Source: an uncultured delta proteobacterium (GTDB taxonomy: Bacteria > Myxococcota > Myxococcia > SLRQ01). From it: a DNA stretch of 64,000 nucleotides. Positions 57,571 through 64,000 of this stretch are shown one piece after another. A program made the position numbers and the translations under genes. Each line of letters starts with the position of its first letter. Within the stretch, counting starts at the first letter, position 1. The stretch covers positions 960,001 to 1,024,000 of the forward strand of contig CAVSGM010000001.1 in the NCBI GenBank assembly GCA_963727485.1, given 5' to 3'. The notes under the pieces are model-generated. The model was not told where the DNA came from. It did no database searches and saw nothing but the letters and a program-made list of their open reading frames with translations.

Positions 57571-58815
57571 ATGTCGACGCCCGCCCGTCCGCGACTCCGA
57601 CCCATCGAGCTCTTGCCCTTCGTCACCGACGAGGGCCAGGCGGTGCTCCTGCGCGATCCCGCGGGCATCGGCGGCGACCCGGTGGCCCTGGCGCCGGCCG
57701 GCGCCTTCCTCGCCAGCCGCTTCGATGGCAGCCGCACCGTGGAGGAGCTCCGCGCCGAGCTGGTCCGCGCCAGCGGCGGGGTGGTGGTCAACCTCTCGGA
57801 GGTCGAGGGGCTGGTGCGCCTCCTCGACGAGCGGGGCTTCATCGAGGGCGAGGGCTACGCCCGGCGCCTCGCCGCCGCCCGGGCCGAGTGGGAGGCTGCG
57901 CCGGTGCGCCTTCCCGCCCACGCCCCGGTGGTCTACCCCGAGGACCCCGAGGCCCTGCGCTCGGTGCTCACCGGCTACTGGCGTGCGGGCCCGGGCAGCG
58001 CGCCCACCGCCGGCGAGGCCGATCCGTCGCTCCGGGGGGTGTTCGCGCCCCACATCGATCTCCGGGCCGGGGGCGCGGTGATGGCCCACGCCTACGACGC
58101 GCTGCTGCGCCAGGCCCCGGACGCCGATCTCTTCATCCTCCTGGGCACCGGCCACGCCCCCTGCGAGGGGCGGGTGGCGCTGACCCGCAAGGACTACGGC
58201 ACCCCGCTGGGGACCCTGCGCACCGACGTCGCCGCGGTGGAGCGCCTGGCCTCGGCGGTGCCGGGCGACGCGTTTGCCTCCGAGCTCAACCACCGCAGCG
58301 AGCACTCCCTCGAGTTCCAGGCGGTGTTCCTGGTCCACGCCCTCAGGGAGGCGCTCGGGGCCGAGGCGGTGGAGCGGGTGCGGGCGGTGCCGGTGCTGGT
58401 GGGCTCCTTCCACGACCTGGTGGCGTCGGGCGCCGATCCCATGACCGACCCCCAGGTCGCGGGGCTGGTCGAGGGGATCCGGGCCCTGGTGGCGGCACAC
58501 CCGGGGCGGGCGGTGGTGGTCGGCGGCGTCGATCTCGCCCACCTCGGCCGGCGCTTCGGGGGCGACGACTTCACCGACGCCGGCCTCCCGGACCTCGAGC
58601 GCCGGGACCGGGGCTTCCTCGACGGCGTGGTGCGGGGCGACGCCGGCGCCGTCCTCGCCGACGTGGTCGCCGACACCGACGGCCGGAACTACTGCGGCTT
58701 CCCGCCGCTGTGGGTCATGACCCGGAGCCTCGGGCCCGGCCAGGGCCGGGTGCTGGGCTATGGCTCCGATCTCTCCGAGGGCGCGGTGGTGACCTTTGCC
58801 GCCGGTGCCCTCTAG
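57571..58815 (+). CDS. Memo/AmmeMemoRadiSam protein B family with N-terminal extension
   Basis: APHID, LGTGH, HRSEHSLEFQ, VDLAHLG, CG. Confidence 0.88.
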   Translation: MSTPARPRLRPIELLPFVTDEGQAVLLRDPAGIGGDPVALAPAGAFLASRFDGSRTVEELRAELVRASGGVVVNLSEVEGLVRLLDERGFIEGEGYARRLAAARAEWEAAPVRLPAHAPVVYPEDPEALRSVLTGYWRAGPGSAPTAGEADPSLRGVFAPHIDLRAGGAVMAHAYDALLRQAPDADLFILLGTGHAPCEGRVALTRKDYGTPLGTLRTDVAAVERLASAVPGDAFASELNHRSEHSLEFQAVFLVHALREALGAEAVERVRAVPVLVGSFHDLVASGADPMTDPQVAGLVEGIRALVAAHPGRAVVVGGVDLAHLGRRFGGDDFTDAGLPDLERRDRGFLDGVVRGDAGAVLADVVADTDGRNYCGFPPLWVMTRSLGPGQGRVLGYGSDLSEGAVVTFAAGAL

Positions 58816-58834
58816 GACCGAAACGAGGGGACCG

Positions 58835-59791
58835 ATGCAGGTGCGGGTGCTGTTTCACGACAACTGCTTCGACGGGATGTGCTCCGCGGGGCTCTTCCGC
58901 GACTACTACCTCAAGCACCAGGACCCGTCGGCGGAGGTGGTCTTCGGGGGGCTGGCCCACGGCCCCACCGGCGGGCTCACCAGCGGGCGCCTCGACGGCG
59001 AGGTGAACGCGGTGGTCGACTTCCGCTACCTCGTCGACCCCCGCCTCACCTGGTGGTTCGACCACCACCGCTCGGGCTTCCCGGGCGCGAGCGACCGGGC
59101 GCACTTCGAGGCGGACCGGTCCGGGCGCAAGTACTTCGACCCCACGGCGCCCTCGTGCGCCGGGTTCATCGCCCGGAGCCTCGCCCGGGACCACGGCTAC
59201 GATCCTTCGCCCCACGCCGAGCTGCTGCGCTGGGCGGACATCATCGACGCCGCCCGCTTCCCCGAGCCGAGGACCGCGGTGGAGCTCGAGGAGCCGGCCC
59301 TCAGGCTCATGCTCTGGATCGAGCACAGCCGGTCCTTCGAGGAGCGGGTGGCGCTCATCGACCGGATGCTCGGAGGCTCCCTCGAGGACGCGGTGAACGC
59401 GCCCTTCGTCAAGCCCGTGGTGGCGCGCCTCCTCGAGGAGCACCGGGAGATGATCGGCGCCTTCGAGCAGCGCTGCCACCGGGCGGGCTCGGTGGTCTTC
59501 TGCGACCTCACCGACCTCTCGGTGAGCGCGGTGAACAAGTTCATCCCCTACTACCTCTTCCCGGACGCCCGGTACGCGGTGGTGGTCAGCCGCTCGCCGA
59601 GCCGGAGCAAGGTCAGCGTCGGCTACAGCCCCTGGCAACCCGCCGGCGAGCGCGAGCACGACATCTCCGCCCTCTGCGAGCGCTACGGCGGCGGCGGGCA
59701 CCCGGTCGTCGGCGCGGTGACCCTCTCGGCCGGCGAGGCCGACGAGGTGGTGCGGATCGGGCGCGAGATGGCCGAGGTGCTGCGGGCCTGA
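58835..59791 (+). CDS. DHH family phosphoesterase
   Basis: FHDNCFDG, VVDF, FDHH, GGGGHPVVGA. Confidence 0.9.
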   Translation: MQVRVLFHDNCFDGMCSAGLFRDYYLKHQDPSAEVVFGGLAHGPTGGLTSGRLDGEVNAVVDFRYLVDPRLTWWFDHHRSGFPGASDRAHFEADRSGRKYFDPTAPSCAGFIARSLARDHGYDPSPHAELLRWADIIDAARFPEPRTAVELEEPALRLMLWIEHSRSFEERVALIDRMLGGSLEDAVNAPFVKPVVARLLEEHREMIGAFEQRCHRAGSVVFCDLTDLSVSAVNKFIPYYLFPDARYAVVVSRSPSRSKVSVGYSPWQPAGEREHDISALCERYGGGGHPVVGAVTLSAGEADEVVRIGREMAEVLRA

Positions 59792-60022
59792 CGCGGTCCG
59801 GTGGGGGCGGGCGCGCGGGACGGGCACATGGCCCGCCCCGCGCTGTGGCCGGCTCGGCCTTGGTGTCTGGGGTGCTCGGCGGGCCCCAGCGCCCCGGGAA
59901 CGGCAACCAGGCAACGCTCCGCCGACAACGGTGCAGGAGGGCGGGGACGTCCGGGACCCCCCGCGAGGAGTGGCGAAGCGTCCCCCGGAGCGGGGGGCCC
60001 GGACGTCCCCGCCCGGCCGCCC

Positions 60023-60706
60023 CTACCCCTGGAGCGCCGCGAACGCGTCCATCAGGAGCGGATCGAAGGCCCGCTCGATGCACCGCGCCTGGGGATCCAC
60101 CAGGCCGCGGTCGAAGCAGTAGCGCCCCTCCTTGAGCCCGAGGACGACCAGGAACGCGTCCATGCCCGCGCGGTCCCGGCTCCGGGCGCCGACGATCTCG
60201 CCGCCGGAGAACACCAGGGTGCCGACGCGGTCGCCGGCGACCGAGAGGGTGCCCGTCTCCCGGCGCTGGTGGAGGAACTGGAGGAGGGCGAAGAGGCCGT
60301 CCTGGTCGGCCTGGCCGGCCAGCGCCCCGTTGTGGGGGGCGCGGGTGGCCAGGGCGGCGCGGACCACGTCGAGGATCGGCCCCTCGCCGAGGGCCCGGGG
60401 GGCGATCTCGTCGGCGCCCACGGCCCGGGCGGTGGTGCGGTCCTCGGCGGCGACCTGGTCCTTGAGGAGGACGATGCGGACCACGTCCGGGGAGAGCTCC
60501 TCGCGGATGGAGAGGGCCAGGCCGTAGCCGTCGAGGCCCGGGAGCGCGACGTCGGCGACCACCAGGGCGGGCTGGGAGGCCAGGGCCTTGTCCAGGGCGG
60601 CGTGACCGTCCACCGCCAGCAGGGTCCGGTGGCCCTCGGTGCGCAGGGCGGAGCGGAGCACCTCCTGCCGGGTGTCGTCGGGGTCGGCGATGAGGACCGA
60701 GGCCAT
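60023..60706 (-). CDS. Receiver domain + DUF4388 protein
   Basis: VLIADPD, VADVALPGLDG; LLQFLHQRRETGTL, FSGGEIVGA, LLMDA. Confidence 0.8.
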   Translation of the reverse strand: MASVLIADPDDTRQEVLRSALRTEGHRTLLAVDGHAALDKALASQPALVVADVALPGLDGYGLALSIREELSPDVVRIVLLKDQVAAEDRTTARAVGADEIAPRALGEGPILDVVRAALATRAPHNGALAGQADQDGLFALLQFLHQRRETGTLSVAGDRVGTLVFSGGEIVGARSRDRAGMDAFLVVLGLKEGRYCFDRGLVDPQARCIERAFDPLLMDAFAALQG

Positions 60707-60819
60707 CTGCCGCCCAGGCTACCACCGGTCCCGGTGGGGAGCCATGCCGGTGTGCACCTGGCGCCCGGCGCTTGTGGTAGGTGCCCTGGGCCGCTAGATT
60801 CGCGGGCCGGAGACCCCCC

Positions 60820-61641
60820 ATGGAGCCCCCCGACGATCGCCGCCGCCTCGAGACCCTGGAGAAGCGCCTGCTCCTCGAGGTCGGCCGCTGCAACCAGGAC
60901 TTCGGCCTCATCGAGGACGGGGACCGGATCCTGGTCGGCGTCTCCGGGGGCAAGGACAGCCTGACCCTCCTCCACCTCCTCCACCTGGTCCGGCGCCGAT
61001 TGCCGGTGCGTTTCGAGGTCCTGGGGGTCACCCTCGACCAGGGCCACCCGGGCTTCCCCGCCGACCGGCTCGTCCGCTGGGCGGCGGACCTGGGCTACCC
61101 CTTCGAGGTGGTCCGCCGGAACACCTACCAGGTGGTCCTCGACAAGGTCCCCGAGGGGAAGACCTTCTGCTCCCTGTGCTCGCGCCTGCGCCGGGGCATC
61201 CTCTACCAGGCCGCGGTGGACCGGGGGTGCACCAAGATCGCCCTGGGGCACCACCGCGAGGACCTCATCGAGACCCTGCTCCTCAACCTCTTCTACTCGG
61301 GGCAGCTCAAGGCCATGCCGCCGCGGCTGGTGAGCGACGACGGGCGCAACGTGGTCGTCCGGCCCATGGCCTACGTCGCCGAGGCGGCCATCGCCGAGTA
61401 CGCCGAGGCCATGGGCTTCCCGGTGATCCCCTGCGACCTCTGCGGGTCCCAGTCGGACCTCAAGCGCCAGCAGATCAAGGGCCTCCTCGGCGCCCTCGAC
61501 GCCGAGAACGATCACGTCAAGGGCAACCTCCTGGCGGCCCTGGGCAACGTGGTGCCCGGGCACCTCCTCGACCGCCGGCTCCTGGCCCGCCTCGCCGCCG
61601 CCGAGGACGACGACGCCCCCCGGGTGGCGGCCGGCGCCTGA
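60820..61641 (+). CDS. ttcA: tRNA 2-thiocytidine(32) synthetase
   Basis: SGGKDS PP-loop, CSLCSRLRRG, LGHHRED, PCDLCGSQ. Confidence 0.96.
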   Translation: MEPPDDRRRLETLEKRLLLEVGRCNQDFGLIEDGDRILVGVSGGKDSLTLLHLLHLVRRRLPVRFEVLGVTLDQGHPGFPADRLVRWAADLGYPFEVVRRNTYQVVLDKVPEGKTFCSLCSRLRRGILYQAAVDRGCTKIALGHHREDLIETLLLNLFYSGQLKAMPPRLVSDDGRNVVVRPMAYVAEAAIAEYAEAMGFPVIPCDLCGSQSDLKRQQIKGLLGALDAENDHVKGNLLAALGNVVPGHLLDRRLLARLAAAEDDDAPRVAAGA

Positions 61642-61677
61642 CGACCGCCGCCCCGGCCGGAACCCTTCGGAGCAACC

Positions 61678-61998
61678 ATGGACGAGCGACCGAACGATCG
61701 CGTCGACACCCTCAAGCAGTTCGTCGCCGAGAGCCCCGACGATCCCCTGCCGCGCTACGGCCTGGCCATGGAGTACCGGCGCCTGGGGCAGCTCGAGGCC
61801 TCGGACGAGGCGTTCCGGCAGATCCGCGCGCGCTTCCCCGACTACCTGCCCCAGTACCTCATCCACGGCCAGGTCCTCGAGGCCCTCGGCCGGACCGACG
61901 CCGCCCGGGAGGCCTACACCCTGGGGCTCGAGAAGGCCCGGGCCACCGGGGAGGCCCACGCGGCCCGGGAGCTCGAGGCCGCCCGCGACGCCCTGTGA
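61678..61998 (+). CDS. Small TPR protein
   Basis: PDDPLPRYGLAMEY, PDYLPQY..GQVLE. Confidence 0.85.
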   Translation: MDERPNDRVDTLKQFVAESPDDPLPRYGLAMEYRRLGQLEASDEAFRQIRARFPDYLPQYLIHGQVLEALGRTDAAREAYTLGLEKARATGEAHAARELEAARDAL

Positions 61999-62096
61999 AG
62001 CCAGCGCCTCACCTGCCACCCACGCTTCGCAGCGACCGCCCCGGGCCTGCGTGTGGCTCTCACGGGATTACAGTACCTTGGCCAGCCCGTGCAGGG

Positions 62097-62112
62097 TGGC
62101 GTCGTTCTTGCT
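62097..62112 (+). promoter_or_regulatory. Putative sigma54 promoter
   Basis: TGGCGTCGTTCTTGCT (GG-N10-GC, close to TGGCAC-N5-TTGCW), 20 bp before the glycosyltransferase ATG. Confidence 0.55.
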
Positions 62113-62132
62113 AAACCCCCAGCCGGCGCGAC

Positions 62133-63365
62133 ATGACCCTCTCGACCACCCTCATCCTCCTCTTCCTCGCCATCTACGGTTTCGTGGTGGTCACCGCCAT
62201 CCTCTGGATCCGGCGGCGGCGTCCGCGCCTCGACGTCGAGGCCGACGGCTTCACCCCGAAGGTGAGCATCCTCAAGCCCCTCAAGGGGGTCGACGAGGGG
62301 CTGGAGGCGAACCTCGAGTCGTTCTTCCGCCTCGACTACCCGGACTACCAGCTCGTCTTCGCCATCGCCGACGACGACGACCCGGCGGCGGCCCTGGCCC
62401 GGCAGGTCGCCGAGCGCTACCCCGAGCAGGACTGCCTCGTCCTCATCGGTGAGGAGCCCATCGGGCGCAACCCCAAGGTCAACCTCCTGGCGGCGATGCT
62501 CCCGAAGGCGAAGCACGAGCTGTGCCTCATCAGCGACTCCAACGTCCAGGCCGACCCCTGCTACCTCCGGCGGACCGTCGCCGGGATGCGCGATCCGGCG
62601 GTGGGCGTGGTCTCCAACCCGGTCATCGGCCTGGGCGAGGAGACCGCCCCGGCGGCGATGGAGAACATCCACCTCTCGGGCTTCATCGCCTGCGTGAACA
62701 TCGCCGCCAAGGCGGTGGCGGGCATCGACGCGGTGGTGGGCAAGAGCATGCTCATCCGCAAGCAGGCCCTCGCCGACATCGGCGGCCTGCAGTCGGTGCG
62801 CAACGTCCTCGCCGAGGACCAGCTCATCGCCAAGAAGATGCTCGAGGCCGGGTGGAAGGGTCGCCTGGTCGCCGAGCCGGTGCGCAACGTGAACCGCCAG
62901 TGGTCCCTGCGGCGCCTGGTCGAGCGCCACAGCCGCTGGGGGCGCATCCGCATCCGCCTGGTGCCCTGGAGCTACCCCCTGGAGCTGGTGGGCAACCCGG
63001 TGGCCATGGCGGTGGTCTTCGCGCTCCTCGGCGCCGAGCACCCCTTCTGGCTCATCCTCAGCGCCGCCCTGGGCAAGACCGCCCTCGACGGGCTCGCGTC
63101 CTACGGGCTGCGGGGAGAGCTCCCCAAGGGCGCCTACCTCCTGCTCACGCCGGTGAAGGACCTGCTGCTCTTCGGGGTCTGGTTCATCCCCTTCTTCTCC
63201 AGCCGGGTGAACTGGCGCGGCCATGATCTGCGCATCACCAAGGGGACGAGGCTGGTGAGCCCCCAGGCGTACTCCCGGGCCAAGGCGATCCACCGCGCCG
63301 GACGCGGCCACCATCGGCCTCCCGACGACCCGGACCAGCGCACGCCCATCGACGCCGCCGCGTGA
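62133..63365 (+). CDS. Ceramide glucosyltransferase / HpnI-like glycosyltransferase (GT21-like)
   Basis: SILKPLKG, NPKVNLL, ISDSN, GKSM, LAED, RHSRW, VNWRG. Confidence 0.88.
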   Translation: MTLSTTLILLFLAIYGFVVVTAILWIRRRRPRLDVEADGFTPKVSILKPLKGVDEGLEANLESFFRLDYPDYQLVFAIADDDDPAAALARQVAERYPEQDCLVLIGEEPIGRNPKVNLLAAMLPKAKHELCLISDSNVQADPCYLRRTVAGMRDPAVGVVSNPVIGLGEETAPAAMENIHLSGFIACVNIAAKAVAGIDAVVGKSMLIRKQALADIGGLQSVRNVLAEDQLIAKKMLEAGWKGRLVAEPVRNVNRQWSLRRLVERHSRWGRIRIRLVPWSYPLELVGNPVAMAVVFALLGAEHPFWLILSAALGKTALDGLASYGLRGELPKGAYLLLTPVKDLLLFGVWFIPFFSSRVNWRGHDLRITKGTRLVSPQAYSRAKAIHRAGRGHHRPPDDPDQRTPIDAAA

Positions 63366-63451
63366 CCGGCCGCGGTCGGGGGCCGCGGGGCCCCGGCGGA
63401 GGTGGCACCCCGGGCGCCGGGACACTCCCTCCGGTGGTATACTCCGCCGCC

Positions 63452-64000
63452 GTGCGACCCAGTCCGTCAGCGGCCACGCCTCCCGCGCCAGGGGACGTCG
63501 ACGAGGTCGTCCCGGACCCCAGTGACCGACCCCGGGCGCTGGTGGTCGACGACGACACCTCGATCCGTCGCATGCTCATCGACGTGCTCGCCGGGCTCTT
63601 CGAGGTGGAGGGCGCCGCCGATGGCGAGCAGGCCCTCGACCTCCTCGCCGCTCGGCACTTCGACCTCATCGTCTCCGACCAGATGATGCCCGGGATGAGC
63701 GGGACCGACCTGTTGCAGCGGAGCCTCCAGATCCGCCCCGACGCGGTGCGGATGCTCATCACCGCCAGCCGCCAGGTGGAGAACGCGGTGGAGGCCATCA
63801 ACGCCGCCAAGGTCGACCGGTTCTTCATCAAGCCGGTGCGCCTCGCCGAGCTGCGCCAGCAGGCCTTCGAGGCGGTGCACCAGCGCCGGGCCGAGGCCGA
63901 CCTCCGGGCCCGCCTCGCCTCGCTCCGGGAGATCGAGAGCCGCCAGACCGCGGTGGTGCCCCGGATCCTCCTCGTCGACGACGACGAGGGGGCCCTGATG
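63452..64000 (+). CDS. Response regulator with at least two receiver domains (partial)
   Basis: LVVDDD, VSDQMMPGMSG, MLITAS, FIKP; second receiver begins ILLVDDD at the window edge. Confidence 0.85.
   Translation, partial: MRPSPSAATPPAPGDVDEVVPDPSDRPRALVVDDDTSIRRMLIDVLAGLFEVEGAADGEQALDLLAARHFDLIVSDQMMPGMSGTDLLQRSLQIRPDAVRMLITASRQVENAVEAINAAKVDRFFIKPVRLAELRQQAFEAVHQRRAEADLRARLASLREIESRQTAVVPRILLVDDDEGALM

Overview
A very GC-rich, gene-dense bacterial window. Gene content suggests Myxococcota or a related deltaproteobacterium (inference from Cys-rich lipoproteins, DUF4388, an sAC-like cyclase and the SspB-Memo-DHH block). I identify about 55 CDSs and no rRNA, tRNA, CRISPR array or mobile element. 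Roughly ten genes are broken by single-base indels. Six sit exactly at GAATC/GATTC, where deleting one base restores GATC and the reading frame; this looks like long-read basecalling error at methylated GATC, not pseudogenes. Highlights: (1) a TetR - SAM methyltransferase - fused HgcAB-like corrinoid/ferredoxin operon with a perfect 13-bp palindromic operator, a regulated methyl-transfer system of unknown substrate; (2) a Bcp peroxiredoxin with in-frame UGA at the catalytic Cys and a SECIS-like hairpin (probable selenoprotein); (3) boxR-boxC-boxB with no boxA, plus scattered aromatic-CoA genes; (4) a twice-repeated pair of exported protein plus Cys-rich lipoprotein; (5) an acyltransferase - degenerate GpsA - DxDxT phosphatase lipid operon; (6) a GH25 muramidase lipoprotein with five FN3-like repeats behind a sigma54-like promoter. 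All family calls come from motif reading and memory; no searches were run.
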